A stretch of DNA of 64,000 nucleotides from Bacteroidales bacterium (GTDB lineage Bacteria > Bacteroidota > Bacteroidia > Bacteroidales > WCHB1-69): assembly GCA_045132055.1 (NCBI GenBank), contig JBGURP010000007.1, positions 138,946 through 202,945 of the forward strand. Direction: 5' to 3'. A model generated the notes under the pieces. That model was not told where the DNA came from. It saw only the letters and a list, made by a program, of their open reading frames with translations, and made no database searches. Each line of letters starts with the position of its first letter. Position 1 is the first letter of the stretch. Positions 19,439 through 30,268 of the stretch are shown in pieces. The position numbers and the translations under genes are program-made.

Positions 19439-20276
19439 AACATTGGCGGGTGCGGTCTATATCGCACTGATGATTACCGCCGTATTCGTCTTCCCAATGA
19501 TGCCTGTGCTGCTCTGCTTAGTGGCCTGCATCGGCATCTTTGAGCTCTCGAAATTGACTTCCGGCCCCACCGACCATATCAGTCGCATCGTGCTGTCGGC
19601 CGCCACCATTGCCCAATTCGCACTTATTCTCCAATATGGTGTGCAAAAAAGCACTTTCTTCTACAACGCGCCTACCATCACCCTTACGGGGTTCCTGTTT
19701 AGCATACCTCTTATTCTGATATGCATCGGCCTGCTGATGACTATCTCTGAATTGTTCCGCCAGCGTCCGACTCCCGTGGAACACATCGGCTCCGCTCTGT
19801 TTGGCTACTTCTGGATTATCCTGCCATTAGGATTTGTAGCCGTGATGACCCGCATTTGCCCGCAAGCGGTGTTTGCCTTTTTCCTGCTGTTATGGGCCTA
19901 CGACACCTTTGCCTATCTGGGCGGTTCGATGTACGGTCGCAACAAGATGTGCCCGCACATTTCTCCGAAAAAAACCTGGGAAGGAACAATCACAGGACTG
20001 GTCCTGACCATCGTGATGGCCATGGTCTTGCCCAGCATTCCTTACTTCTCCCATCTGCACGCCCCACTGTGGAAGTGGGCTGTTTATGCCATCATCATCG
20101 TGGTGTTCGCCACCTTCGGCGACCTGCTTGAGTCGGTGTTCAAAAGACGCGCCGACGTGAAAGACAGTGGCCACATCATGCCCGGCCATGGCGGCATCCT
20201 CGACCGTTTCGACTCCATGCTCCTCGCCGCACTACCTGCTCTGATTTATGCTCTTTTCGTAATGGTTCTTAAATGA
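19407..20276 (+). CDS. cdsA: phosphatidate cytidylyltransferase
   Basis: Polytopic protein with the CTP-transferase signature [28 protein letters not shown]. Confidence 0.85.
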   Translation: MNPKTKNLLVRTLAGAVYIALMITAVFVFPMMPVLLCLVACIGIFELSKLTSGPTDHISRIVLSAATIAQFALILQYGVQKSTFFYNAPTITLTGFLFSIPLILICIGLLMTISELFRQRPTPVEHIGSALFGYFWIILPLGFVAVMTRICPQAVFAFFLLLWAYDTFAYLGGSMYGRNKMCPHISPKKTWEGTITGLVLTIVMAMVLPSIPYFSHLHAPLWKWAVYAIIIVVFATFGDLLESVFKRRADVKDSGHIMPGHGGILDRFDSMLLAALPALIYALFVMVLK

Positions 20277-23104
20277 AAAACGACATCATCGAAATACGAG
20301 GCGCCAACGTCAACAATCTGAAAAACATTGATGTGGATATTCCGCGCAACAAGCTGGTGGTTATCACCGGGTTGTCGGGATCGGGCAAGTCGTCGCTGGC
20401 CTACGACACCCTTTACGCCGAGGGACAGCGCCGCTACGTGGAAAGCCTCAGCTCCTATGCCCGCCAGTTTTTAGGCCGTATGCACAAACCGGAGGTGAAA
20501 TCCATCACAGGCATCCCTCCCGCCATCGCCATCCAACAGCGCACCATGTCACACAACCCGCGCTCCACGGTGGGCACGGTGACCGAAATTTACGAATACC
20601 TGAAATTGCTCTATGCCCATATCGGCCATACCTACTCACCTGTCACAGGCAAGGAGGTGCGCCGCGACCATGTCTCCGATGTCATTCGCTACATAGAGAA
20701 AATACCCGAAGGGCGCAGAATATATATTGTATCCCCCTTGGTGCTGCCGTCTGGACGAACCCTCAAAGAGCAGCTGGCTATCCTCAAGCAACAGGGGTTC
20801 AGCCGCGTGGTCTATAACCGCAAACTGGCCGAAATCGATGAATTCCTGAACGGCAAGAAAGCCAATCGCATATCGGAAATGTACGTACTCGTCGATCGTT
20901 TCAAATCTGAAAACATCGAAGCCAACATGAGCCGCCTCTCCGACTCCATCCAGGTGGCCTTCACCGAAGGCAAAGGTGTCTGCATGATCCACACCGAAGG
21001 AGGAGAATCCGTGGTGCAGAAGACCTTCAGCAATCTGTTTGAGATGGACGGTATCGCCTTTGAAGAACCCTCTGTCAACCTGTTCAGCTTTAACAATCCT
21101 TACGGAGCTTGCAAATCATGCTCCGGTACTGGATTCATCGAGGGCGTGGACGTGGACTTGGTCATTCCCAACCGTTCCCTTTCGGTGGCGGAAGATGCTG
21201 TTGCCTGTTGGCACGGCGATGTGCTGAGCGAGTGGAAACAATATTTCATCAAGCAAGCATCTAAACTCAACTTCCCCATACACAGACCTATAGAGGAGCT
21301 TACGCAAGAAGAATTCAACCTGTTGTGGTACGGCGATGAGAAGCACAAAGTGGAAGGTATCACGCAATTTTTCCAATACGTAGCCTCCCGTACCTACAAG
21401 ATTCAATACAGGGTATTGCAGAGCCGCTATCGGGGGCGCGAGTTGTGTCCCGACTGCCATGGCACACGCCTGCGCACCGAAGCGCGTTACGTGAAAGTCA
21501 GCGGCAAGACCATCGTGGATTTGCTGCAGATGCCCGTTTCCGATCTGAAGAATTTCTTCCTGCATTTCAAATACGGCTCTCCCGCAGAAAAGGAGATTGC
21601 CCAGAAAATCGTGGCTGAGCTCACGAACCGCATCACTTTATTGGATGATGTGGGATTGGGCTACCTGACCCTGGACAGAACTACGGGCACGCTTTCGGGC
21701 GGCGAGACACAGCGCATCAATCTGGCCACCTCCCTGGGCAGCAGTCTGGTAGGCTCTCTCTACATCCTCGACGAGCCCAGCATCGGCCTGCACCCGCGCG
21801 ACACGGAGAACCTCATCCGCGTGCTCAAACGCCTGCGCGACATCGGCAACACTGTCGTCATTGTGGAGCACGACGAGTCCATCATCCGCGCCGCAGACTA
21901 CATCATCGACATCGGCCCCAATGCCGGCCAATTTGGTGGCGAAGTGGTCTTCAGCGGTACCTTCAAGGAGTTGATGAAGCACGAACATGACCTTACTGCC
22001 GACTACCTCCGCGGCATGGAGGGCGGTTATCCTGAGGACCTCTGCAAGTCCATCCCCGTGCCCACCCGCCGGAGACGCTGGCGCAACTATATCGAGATCA
22101 TCGGCGCCAAGGCCAACAACTTGAAGAACATCGACGTGAAGATACCTTTGCAGTGCTTCACGGCCATCACTGGCGTGAGCGGCTCAGGCAAGAGCACGCT
22201 CGTCAACAACATCCTCTATCTGGGCATGTTGCGTTTGCTGGACAAAGCCGGCGACAAGCCCGGCAGCTTCACGCGCATCAATGCCGACATGACCAAAGTA
22301 ACGGAAGTCGTGCTGGTGGACCAGGCTCCCATCGGGCGCTCCTCACGCTCCAACCCCGTCACCTACGTAAAAGCGTACGACTATATCCGGGAGCTCTTTG
22401 CCTCACAACCGCTTTCCAAGCAGCGCAACTACAAACCCAGCTTCTTCTCTTTCAACGTGGCTGGCGGTCGCTGCGAAGAGTGCGAGGGCGAAGGCGTCAT
22501 CCACATCAACATGCAGTTCATGGCCGACGTGGAACTGATTTGCCCCTCCTGCAACGGCTCGCGTTTCCGCGAAGAGGCATTGGATGTCAAAATCAAAGAC
22601 AAAGGCATCAACGATATCCTGAGCATGACCATCAACGAGGCTGTGGAGTTCTTCCGTTCGCTTCCGCCGACTGACATTACCAAGAACATTCTCAAACGCC
22701 TCGCTCCGCTGCAAGACGTGGGCTTGGGCTATCTGGTCATGGGCCAGAACTCCTCCACCCTCTCCGGAGGTGAGGCTCAGCGCGTCAAGCTGGCCTATTT
22801 CCTCTCCTTGGAGGACGACCAGCAGAACAAGCTTTTCCTCTTCGATGAGCCGACTACCGGTTTGCATTTCCACGATATCAACAAGCTCTACAAAGCTTTC
22901 AACCGATTGGTGGAACGCGACAACTCCGTCGTGGTTATTGAGCACAACACGGAGCTCATCAAGTGCGCCGACTGGATTATCGACCTCGGCCCAGAAGGCG
23001 GCGAGCAAGGCGGAAGCATCGTATTCGAAGGCACGCCTGAAAAGTTGATCGAACGCAAGAAATCGCACACGGCACAAGCCCTGCGCCACACCCTCTGCCA
23101 CTGA
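20273..23104 (+). CDS. uvrA: excinuclease ABC subunit A
   Basis: 943 aa with two ABC modules ([21 protein letters not shown]), zinc-finger cysteines and LSGGE signatures. It shares an ATGA overlap with the cdsA stop. Confidence 0.95.
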   Translation: MKNDIIEIRGANVNNLKNIDVDIPRNKLVVITGLSGSGKSSLAYDTLYAEGQRRYVESLSSYARQFLGRMHKPEVKSITGIPPAIAIQQRTMSHNPRSTVGTVTEIYEYLKLLYAHIGHTYSPVTGKEVRRDHVSDVIRYIEKIPEGRRIYIVSPLVLPSGRTLKEQLAILKQQGFSRVVYNRKLAEIDEFLNGKKANRISEMYVLVDRFKSENIEANMSRLSDSIQVAFTEGKGVCMIHTEGGESVVQKTFSNLFEMDGIAFEEPSVNLFSFNNPYGACKSCSGTGFIEGVDVDLVIPNRSLSVAEDAVACWHGDVLSEWKQYFIKQASKLNFPIHRPIEELTQEEFNLLWYGDEKHKVEGITQFFQYVASRTYKIQYRVLQSRYRGRELCPDCHGTRLRTEARYVKVSGKTIVDLLQMPVSDLKNFFLHFKYGSPAEKEIAQKIVAELTNRITLLDDVGLGYLTLDRTTGTLSGGETQRINLATSLGSSLVGSLYILDEPSIGLHPRDTENLIRVLKRLRDIGNTVVIVEHDESIIRAADYIIDIGPNAGQFGGEVVFSGTFKELMKHEHDLTADYLRGMEGGYPEDLCKSIPVPTRRRRWRNYIEIIGAKANNLKNIDVKIPLQCFTAITGVSGSGKSTLVNNILYLGMLRLLDKAGDKPGSFTRINADMTKVTEVVLVDQAPIGRSSRSNPVTYVKAYDYIRELFASQPLSKQRNYKPSFFSFNVAGGRCEECEGEGVIHINMQFMADVELICPSCNGSRFREEALDVKIKDKGINDILSMTINEAVEFFRSLPPTDITKNILKRLAPLQDVGLGYLVMGQNSSTLSGGEAQRVKLAYFLSLEDDQQNKLFLFDEPTTGLHFHDINKLYKAFNRLVERDNSVVVIEHNTELIKCADWIIDLGPEGGEQGGSIVFEGTPEKLIERKKSHTAQALRHTLCH

Positions 23105-23118
23105 ACAATTGAGAATTC

Positions 23119-23276
23119 TCTCCTAACTACTAACTACTAACTACTAACTTCTAACTTCTCACTCCTTTCCTTTCCTCTTCTCCTCTCCTCCTCCATTCCT
23201 CCTTCACCTCTTTCACCCCATTTACCCTTTCCTCCCCCTCAACTTCTGTCCCCTGACTACTGATCCCTGACGACTG
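23119..23276. repeat. about 155-nt strand-asymmetric (pyrimidine-rich on +) morphing short tandem repeat tract
   Basis: TAACTAC x3 -> TAACTTC x2 -> TCACTCC, TTTCC, TCCTC, then CACCTCTTT/CACCCCATTTACCC units. The reverse strand reads GGTGAAAGAGGTGAAGGAGG, as in the tracts at 49.7, 51.7 and 59.0 kb. Confidence 0.7.
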
Positions 23277-23308
23277 TCTAAAGGCATTGATTATCTCAAA
23301 AAAAGGTG

Positions 23309-23316
23309 TATATTTG
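23309..23316 (+). promoter_or_regulatory. -7 box TATATTTG for the M13 peptidase gene
   Basis: Exact TAnnTTTG about 60 nt upstream of ATG 23377. Confidence 0.5.
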
Positions 23317-23376
23317 CCCTCCCCTACCAAAGGGGTGTTTTTATTTGTTACTAATTGATTTTTAACAAGATAGATT

Positions 23377-25437
23377 ATGAATAAAACTATCACATTGTCT
23401 ATTATGGCAGCATTGTTGCTTGTCGTTTTCACAAGTTCTACCCCTATGACCACCAAAGCCAAACCTAAAAAGAGCAAATCCGGCATCACAGCCACCAATT
23501 TGGATAAATCCGTAAAACCTTCCGCCGATTTCTATCAGTATGCCTGCGGCGGCTGGATGAAACTCAACCCGCTGGGCGCCGAGTACGCTCGTTATGGCAG
23601 TTTTGATGTGCTTGGAGAAAACAACCAGAAACAGTTGCAGGAATTAGTGGTGAAACTCGCCGGACAAAAAAACGCTGCCGGCACTGTGGAGCAGAAAGTA
23701 GGCGACCTCTACAAAATGGGTATGGACACCGTGACACTTCAGAATCAAGGAGCACAACCCATCCAGAAAGAGTTGATGAAGATCGCAAAATTGCAACGCC
23801 GCGACCTCTCCACTACTCTCGCCGAGATGTCCCTGGAGGGTTTGCATCCCTTCTTCGGTCTCTTCGGTTCCTCCGACCCTGACAACAGCGACATGACCAT
23901 CGCCTATCTTTGGCAGACAGGTCTGGGCATCGGTGACCGCGACTATTATCTCGAAGCCGACCAGCAGAAGATCCGCGACGAGTACGTAAAGCTGCTGGCC
24001 AAGATGTTCCAAATGTCCGGCTACAGCAAGCATGCCGGCTTTGAGGGCAAAGAGAATGACATGGCTCAGCGCGTGCTGGCGCTCGAGACCATGATGGCCA
24101 ACTATTTCGTGGACAAAACCACGCTCCGCGATCCGTACCAGACCATCCACAAATGCACACCAGCAGAATTTCAGAAGATGATTCCGGCCATCAATTTACA
24201 ACAGTATCTCAAGACTCTGAATCTTTCCGACATAAAGATTGTGAATGTGGGACAACCCACCTATTTTGCAGGTCTCAACAACATCCTGTCCGTATCCGAC
24301 ATGGAGGTGATTCGCGCCTACATGGCCTGGAACGTCATCAATGCAGCCGCTTCATTTCTGAACGATGACTTTGTAAATGCCGACTTTGACTTCTATGGCA
24401 AGGTACTCTCCGGCAAGCAGGAGAACCGCCCGCGCTGGAAACGCGTCATCGGCACCGTCGATGGCTGCCTGGGCGAAGCGCTCGGCCAGATGTATGTGAA
24501 GACTTACTTCCCCGCCGAAGCCAAGACCCGCATGGAGCAGCTGGTCAAGAACCTGCAGTGGGCCCTTGGAGAGCGCATCAAAGCATCTGAATGGATGACG
24601 GAAGTTACCAAGAAAAATGCACTGGACAAACTCGCCACCTTCAAAGTCAAGATTGGCTATCCAGATAAATGGCGCGATTACAGTGCGTTAGAGATCAAAA
24701 ACGATAGCTATTACGACAACGTTCTCCGCGCCCGTCGTTTCGAGAGTGCCTATCGATTGTCCAAAATCGGTAAACCCGTGGATAAGGACGAGTGGCAAAT
24801 GACTCCGCAGACGGTGAATGCCTATTACGAACCCAATACCAACGAAATTTGCTTCCCCGCCGGCATCCTGCAACCGCCGTTCTTCGACATGAATGCCGAT
24901 GATGCGGTCAACTACGGTGCCATCGGCGTGGTAATCGGCCACGAGATGACGCACGGCTTTGACGACCAAGGCCGCAACTATGATCTGAACGGCAACCTCA
25001 CCGACTGGTGGACGGAGGCCGACTCCAAGGCTTTCGAGGAGAGAGCACAAGTGCTGGTCAAACATTTCAACAACATTGAAGTCGCTCCCGGCGTACATGG
25101 CAACGGCTCCTTCACGTTGGGTGAGAATATCGCTGACAACGGTGGATTGAACGTCTCCTACACCGCTTTCCAGAAAGCCAAGGCTGAAGGCGCCATCAAG
25201 GGAGACATGGACGGTTTCACTCCGGAGCAACGCTTCTTCCTCGCATACGCAGGCGTGTGGGCTGCTAATATCCGCCCCGAAGAGATTCTTCGCCGCACCA
25301 AAGAGGACCCGCACTCCCTCGGCCGCTGGCGCGTGAACGGCACCCTGCCCCACATTGATGCTTTCTATCAGGCATTCGGCATCCAACCCGGCGACCCCAT
25401 GTACCTCGCACCGGAGAAACGTGCCAAAATCTGGTAG
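23377..25437 (+). CDS. M13 family metallopeptidase (PepO / endothelin-converting-enzyme-like)
   Basis: 686 aa. Signal peptide, zinc motif VIGHEMTHGFD, downstream ENIADNGG and C-terminal W. Confidence 0.9.
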   Translation: MNKTITLSIMAALLLVVFTSSTPMTTKAKPKKSKSGITATNLDKSVKPSADFYQYACGGWMKLNPLGAEYARYGSFDVLGENNQKQLQELVVKLAGQKNAAGTVEQKVGDLYKMGMDTVTLQNQGAQPIQKELMKIAKLQRRDLSTTLAEMSLEGLHPFFGLFGSSDPDNSDMTIAYLWQTGLGIGDRDYYLEADQQKIRDEYVKLLAKMFQMSGYSKHAGFEGKENDMAQRVLALETMMANYFVDKTTLRDPYQTIHKCTPAEFQKMIPAINLQQYLKTLNLSDIKIVNVGQPTYFAGLNNILSVSDMEVIRAYMAWNVINAAASFLNDDFVNADFDFYGKVLSGKQENRPRWKRVIGTVDGCLGEALGQMYVKTYFPAEAKTRMEQLVKNLQWALGERIKASEWMTEVTKKNALDKLATFKVKIGYPDKWRDYSALEIKNDSYYDNVLRARRFESAYRLSKIGKPVDKDEWQMTPQTVNAYYEPNTNEICFPAGILQPPFFDMNADDAVNYGAIGVVIGHEMTHGFDDQGRNYDLNGNLTDWWTEADSKAFEERAQVLVKHFNNIEVAPGVHGNGSFTLGENIADNGGLNVSYTAFQKAKAEGAIKGDMDGFTPEQRFFLAYAGVWAANIRPEEILRRTKEDPHSLGRWRVNGTLPHIDAFYQAFGIQPGDPMYLAPEKRAKIW

Positions 25438-25457
25438 AGTTTTAATTGGAAATTTAC

Positions 25458-25508
25458 AATGGGGAATGGGAAATTAAATCCAACGATCAATCCCCAATAC
25501 CTAATTCC
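25458..25508. repeat. short degenerate repeats (AATGGGG AATGGGA AATT ... CAATCCCCAATACC)
   Basis: Read directly. A weak member of the intergenic repeat family. Confidence 0.4.
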
Positions 25509-25548
25509 ATAATCTTGATATTTTTTTTACGAACTATAGTTTATTTTT

Positions 25549-26496
25549 ATGACGAACAACAAACTTGCCGTTATTGCCTTTGGCGGTAATGCTTTATTGA
25601 AAAGCCATCAAAAAGGCACCTATCAGGAACAGATAGAGAATGTTACGGAAACCTGCAGATGTCTGGTTCCGATGTTGAAGGCCGGTTACAAAATGGTGAT
25701 CGGTCATGGTAACGGCCCGCAAGTGGGCAATGTGATGTTACAACATAAGGCCGGCAAAGAGACTTTCGAAGTGGAGTCCATGCCGCTGAATTTCTGCGTA
25801 GCCGAGACCCAAGGTTCTATCGGCGCGCTCATTGAAGAGGGTTTCCGCCATATCTTCGCCGAAGAGGGCTGGGATCGTGACACTGTGACCCTGCTCACGC
25901 ACGTGGAGGTGGATGGCAACGACCCACTGTTCCAGAACCCGACCAAGCCCGTGGGGCCCTACGTTTCCAAAGAAGAAGCTGAACAATACCACGATGAGAC
26001 GGGCGACATCTACAAAGAAGACCCGAAGGGCAATGGCTGGCGCAAAGTGGTGGCATCACCCAAGCCTATCCGCATCCAGAACATCAAGCTGGTCCGCAAG
26101 CTGGCCGACGAAGGTATCATCGTGATCACCGTGGGCGGCGGCGGCATTCCCGTGGCCATGAAAGACGGCTACCTGAAAGGTGTGCAGGCCGTGATCGATA
26201 AGGATCTCGCTTCCGCCATCACCGCTGTGGAAATCAATGCTGACGAGTTTTACATCCTCACCGATGTGCCCAAAGTCTATATCAACTTCCGCAAACCCGA
26301 TGAAAAAGCTTTGGACGTAATCACCGTATCTGAAGCCAAACAGTATCTCGCTGATGGCCAGTTCACCGAAGGCTCCATGGCTCCGAAGGTACGCGCCGCC
26401 ATCATGTTCGTGGAAAAGACCGGACACCCCTGCATCATCACCGAGGCCGGAAGACTTGGTGACGAATCCTGCGGCACACGCATAGTAAACGATTAG
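25549..26496 (+). CDS. arcC: carbamate kinase
   Basis: 315 aa with AFGGNALL and GHGNGPQVG motifs typical of carbamate kinase. Confidence 0.9.
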   Translation: MTNNKLAVIAFGGNALLKSHQKGTYQEQIENVTETCRCLVPMLKAGYKMVIGHGNGPQVGNVMLQHKAGKETFEVESMPLNFCVAETQGSIGALIEEGFRHIFAEEGWDRDTVTLLTHVEVDGNDPLFQNPTKPVGPYVSKEEAEQYHDETGDIYKEDPKGNGWRKVVASPKPIRIQNIKLVRKLADEGIIVITVGGGGIPVAMKDGYLKGVQAVIDKDLASAITAVEINADEFYILTDVPKVYINFRKPDEKALDVITVSEAKQYLADGQFTEGSMAPKVRAAIMFVEKTGHPCIITEAGRLGDESCGTRIVND

Positions 26497-26563
26497 AGAT
26501 TAGAGATGAGAGTTATCTCAATCTCTTTTATCTCTAAACTATAAACTTTAAACTCTAAACTAA
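26491..26563. repeat. GATTAGA GATTAGA GATGAGA tract followed by an inverted-sense tract (TCTCAATCTCTTTTATCTCTAAACTATAAACTTTAAACTCTAAAC)
   Basis: The first heptad contains the arcC TAG stop. The purine-rich half is followed by a pyrimidine-rich half, so an imperfect long hairpin is possible. Confidence 0.65.
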
Positions 26564-26594
26564 TATTTTATAAACAACATTAACACCCAAAATT

Positions 26595-27596
26595 ATGGCA
26601 TTCAATTTAAGAAACCGCAACTTTTTGAAATTGTTGGATTTCACTCCTACGGAAATCCAGTACCTGTTGGACCTTGCACGCGACCTCAAACGCGCCAAGT
26701 ACGCCGGCACCGAGCAACCCCGCCTGAAGGGCAAAAACATCGCCCTGATTTTTGAAAAGACCTCCACGCGTACCCGCTGCGCTTTCGAGGTAGCCGCTTA
26801 CGACCAAGGTGCTCACGTTACCTATCTGGGACCTTCAGGTTCTCAAATCGGCATCAAAGAATCTATGGCTGACACCGCCCGCGTGCTCGGACGCATGTTC
26901 GACGGCATTGAATATCGTGGCTTCAAACAGACCACCGTGGAAGAACTCGCCAAATTCGCCGGCGTGCCCGTTTGGAATGGTCTTACAAACGAATTCCACC
27001 CCACCCAGATTCTGGCCGACTTCCTCACAATGAGCGAGCATGTTGACAAACCGCTCAACAAGGTGACCTACGCTTACCTCGGCGATGCCCGTTACAATAT
27101 GGGTAACTCCCTGATGGTGGGTGGCGCCAAGATGGGCATGGATGTCCGCATCGTGGCTCCCAAGGCTCTGCAACCTGACAAAGACCTCATCAAGAAATGC
27201 AAGGAGATCGCCAAAGAAACCGGCGCTACCGTCACCGTCACCGACGACGTGAAGAAGGGCGTGAAAGGCTGCGATTTCCTCTACACCGACGTGTGGGTAT
27301 CCATGGGCGAACCCGTTGAAGTCTGGGAAGAGCGTATCAAACTGCTCAAACCTTATCAGGTGAACAAAGAAACGATGAAACTCACTGGCAACCCGAAATG
27401 CAAATTCATGCACTGTCTGCCCGCTTACCACAACCTGGAGACTCAGGTGGGCCGCGACGTGAACAAACAATTCGGTCTGGATGGCATCGAGGTCACGGAA
27501 GACGTGTTCGAGTCCGAGAACTCCATCGTCTTTGACGAGGCTGAAAACCGCATGCACACCATCAAGGCCGTCATGGTGGCCACGCTGGGTGACTAA
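26595..27596 (+). CDS. argF: ornithine carbamoyltransferase
   Basis: 333 aa with STRTR, HPTQ and HCLP motifs. Confidence 0.9.
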   Translation: MAFNLRNRNFLKLLDFTPTEIQYLLDLARDLKRAKYAGTEQPRLKGKNIALIFEKTSTRTRCAFEVAAYDQGAHVTYLGPSGSQIGIKESMADTARVLGRMFDGIEYRGFKQTTVEELAKFAGVPVWNGLTNEFHPTQILADFLTMSEHVDKPLNKVTYAYLGDARYNMGNSLMVGGAKMGMDVRIVAPKALQPDKDLIKKCKEIAKETGATVTVTDDVKKGVKGCDFLYTDVWVSMGEPVEVWEERIKLLKPYQVNKETMKLTGNPKCKFMHCLPAYHNLETQVGRDVNKQFGLDGIEVTEDVFESENSIVFDEAENRMHTIKAVMVATLGD

Positions 27597-27636
27597 CCAA
27601 TACAGGGTAATGGCAACATTATCCTCTATTCTCAAC

Positions 27637-27668
27637 AAAAAAGGGTGAATCTAAATTCACCCTTTTTT
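27637..27668. terminator. bidirectional intrinsic terminator
   Basis: A6-GGGTGAAT-CTAA-ATTCACCC-T6, between convergent argF and the M14 peptidase gene. Confidence 0.8.
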
Positions 27669-27671
27669 ATT

Positions 27672-29375
27672 TTAACCCTTAATGATTCTAGTCTGATAGA
27701 AACTGCGACCCTTATCCAGTATGTGTATCACATAAGCTCCGGCAGGCAAGGAAGTGATATTCAACGTGGAGGTTCCCGCTTCGACGATGGTTTGGTAAAT
27801 CAACCGCCCCTGATCGTCAAACATCAAAAATTCGAATTGCTTAGGCGGATCCACCATAGAGGTGACATACAAATAGCCGTGTGTCGGATTGGGATAGATG
27901 ACAAACGCAGGCGAATTCTGGTCGTCAACACCCGAAAATTTGGAAACCAACTGCACATTTTGGACAACAATCTGTCCATCCGCCACGGACACGGTGATGG
28001 TTTTGGGATAATAATCCTCCGCTGTGTAAGTTACAGAATAGGTGCCTCCTTTAATCGGACGATGGTAGTTGCCCTCCGGGAGCATGGAATAAACCTGCGA
28101 ATGGTCCTTGTCATGATTCTCCACATACACTTCGGCTTCGATAGGCAAACCCGTAACTGAGTCTGTAACGATACCCCGTATGCCATTCAAGGATTCTTCA
28201 ATATAGTCCAACAACGCCTGGCGGGTATAGTTCCAATACTTGTAAAGCTGATTCGAGGAAACCACCTTGTCGGCACTAACCTCAATCGTGACTTCACGGC
28301 ATCCAAGAAAATAATTGTAGCAATCCTGTCGCGAACCTACTGTCGTGTACCAATCGGAGCCACGCACCACACCATCGTCCAAATCTTGCATGTAGTTGTT
28401 GTTCTGCGCATGGCAAGTGTTCGCGAAATTATGCCCCACATACTGCCACCAAAGATCGTCCGCGTGAATCTTATTTGACGATTCCCATGTATCCCAAGGG
28501 TAATTATAGACCTCCGCACCGCCATGGAAATTGGCCGACATCGTGAAATTGTGCGCCATGCCAAAATCCAGCATCGCCCGAACCTCACTGGGATAGTCGC
28601 CATTCTCATTATATGGCACATATACAATAGGATATGAACGGTTTAAATCAATACGCGAATAGTTGCTTCGCGTGCTGTAGGGCGACTCACCCAAAGAATC
28701 ATTGTGATTGCGGTATGTGCCATCTGGATTCTCTATCGGACAAATCCAAAGGTCCACATTGTTGATGATATTCTGGACTTGAGGATCAGAATCGTAATTA
28801 TTCAACAGATATTCAATGAGTCGCAACAACAGATAATACCCCACGGGCTCGTCGCCATGCATGGTGGAAGTATAGAAAAACGCAGGCTTGTTGCCACGCT
28901 CCTGCAGATTGTTGCTGATGTGGGCAGCTAAAATCTTGTGATTGGCAGTCGTATGGTTCAAAATAGGCTCTATTTTGCAAATATTTGGAAACTGGCTCTG
29001 GAAAGTATCCATTGTGGCCACATACGCGCCCCAAGTGGGATAGCGGTTCCATGAATCGGTAAGCTGCTCGTAACTATGCGCCATGCGCACGTTCACCTTC
29101 GAACCCGTTACAATGGTAAACGGGATGCCTTGTGACAAGAAATGGGCATAGTCGTCACGGCCGATGCACAATCTAACCTTGTAACAGTCATACCCTTCTG
29201 CCACAACCTTGTCCACAGAAAACTCGCGACTCACCTCCTTAAGCATCTCGCCCGACAGGCTTGTTTCGATGTACGTCTCCGGCCATTCGCTGTTGAACGG
29301 ACGCAAAGAGTCGATCTGGGCGTATCCGACGGTAAAGATGATGAGAAAAGAGATAAGGGATAGAATTTTATTCAT
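27672..29375 (-). CDS. T9SS-sorted M14 family zinc carboxypeptidase
   Basis: Signal peptide, zinc ligand motifs (MHGDEPVG, NFHGGAEV), a carboxypeptidase-regulatory-like domain and a T9SS type A CTD (IYPNPTHGYLYV...GAYVIHI...RIIKG). Confidence 0.8.
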   Translation of the reverse strand: MNKILSLISFLIIFTVGYAQIDSLRPFNSEWPETYIETSLSGEMLKEVSREFSVDKVVAEGYDCYKVRLCIGRDDYAHFLSQGIPFTIVTGSKVNVRMAHSYEQLTDSWNRYPTWGAYVATMDTFQSQFPNICKIEPILNHTTANHKILAAHISNNLQERGNKPAFFYTSTMHGDEPVGYYLLLRLIEYLLNNYDSDPQVQNIINNVDLWICPIENPDGTYRNHNDSLGESPYSTRSNYSRIDLNRSYPIVYVPYNENGDYPSEVRAMLDFGMAHNFTMSANFHGGAEVYNYPWDTWESSNKIHADDLWWQYVGHNFANTCHAQNNNYMQDLDDGVVRGSDWYTTVGSRQDCYNYFLGCREVTIEVSADKVVSSNQLYKYWNYTRQALLDYIEESLNGIRGIVTDSVTGLPIEAEVYVENHDKDHSQVYSMLPEGNYHRPIKGGTYSVTYTAEDYYPKTITVSVADGQIVVQNVQLVSKFSGVDDQNSPAFVIYPNPTHGYLYVTSMVDPPKQFEFLMFDDQGRLIYQTIVEAGTSTLNITSLPAGAYVIHILDKGRSFYQTRIIKG

Positions 29376-29383
29376 GAACAGGG

Positions 29384-30268
29384 TTATAGTTGCACTAACT
29401 TATGGATTTCGTTGGAAAGATTATCGGAAACGGGCACCAATGGCAGGCGCAACACGTTCTTGATTTTACCTTGGGCAGCCAAAATAGCCTTGACACCGCA
29501 AGGATTGCCCTCTTTGAAGCAGGCTTGCGAAATGTCAAATAGCTTATCGTGGTAAAGACGAGCCTTGATAAACTGATCGTTCATGGCCAAGTGCACCATA
29601 TTGGCGACTTCAGCGGGATAGGCATTGGCCAACACCGAGATAAGACCATCCATGCCGGCAGCCATCATGGGCAACGTAATCAGATCATCGCCCGAAATGA
29701 CCAGAAAATCTTTCGGTTTATGGTTCAGCAAATACAGTATCTGCTTCACATTGCCGGAGGCCTCCTTGATACCGATAATGTTGTGATGACTCTCCGCAAT
29801 GCGGATGGTGGTCTCTGCCAGCATGTTGCAGGAGGTTCTGCTCGGCACATTATACAGGATGATGGGCAGTGGCGAGCTCTTGGCAACCACCTTATAATGC
29901 TCAATCAAACCCAATTGGCTGGGCTTGTTATAATACGGTGTAACCGAGAGAATAGCATCAATGGGCAGCTTGTCCACATCTTTGATACGGTCCAAAATGC
30001 TCTGCGTGTTGGGACCGCCGAGCCCCATCAGCACGGGTACGCGCCCGGCATTGACAGAAGTGATGCAGCGCACGATGTCCTGACGCTCCGTCTTCGACAT
30101 GGTCGGGTACTCACTGGTGGTACCTAACGCCAACAGATAATCCACCTTATTCTGGATGAGATTCTCCACAAGATTCTCCAAACTATGGAAATCCACTTTC
30201 CCCTCGACGGTGAACGGCGTGACGACAGCAACACCCAAGCCTCTGAACTTGTCCAAACTATTTTTCAT
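29384..30268 (-). CDS. dapA: 4-hydroxy-tetrahydrodipicolinate synthase
   Basis: 294 aa. Carries GTTSE-type and YNVP motifs plus an IKEASG motif containing the active-site lysine. Confidence 0.9.
   Translation of the reverse strand: MKNSLDKFRGLGVAVVTPFTVEGKVDFHSLENLVENLIQNKVDYLLALGTTSEYPTMSKTERQDIVRCITSVNAGRVPVLMGLGGPNTQSILDRIKDVDKLPIDAILSVTPYYNKPSQLGLIEHYKVVAKSSPLPIILYNVPSRTSCNMLAETTIRIAESHHNIIGIKEASGNVKQILYLLNHKPKDFLVISGDDLITLPMMAAGMDGLISVLANAYPAEVANMVHLAMNDQFIKARLYHDKLFDISQACFKEGNPCGVKAILAAQGKIKNVLRLPLVPVSDNLSNEIHKLVQL

Noticed and set aside
23151-23498. 115-aa minus-strand ORF between uvrA and the M13 peptidase gene
   Set aside because: Its C-terminal half (EGEERVNGVKEVKEEWRRRGEEERKG) is simply the translation of the purine-rich repeat tract. 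Its N-terminal part overlaps the peptidase signal-peptide region in antisense.
25549-27596. arcC-argF as a partial arginine deiminase pathway lacking arcA
   Set aside because: Carbamate kinase plus ornithine carbamoyltransferase without an adjacent arcA can serve citrulline or agmatine-type catabolism. The missing gene may also lie elsewhere. Nothing in the sequence itself is unusual.
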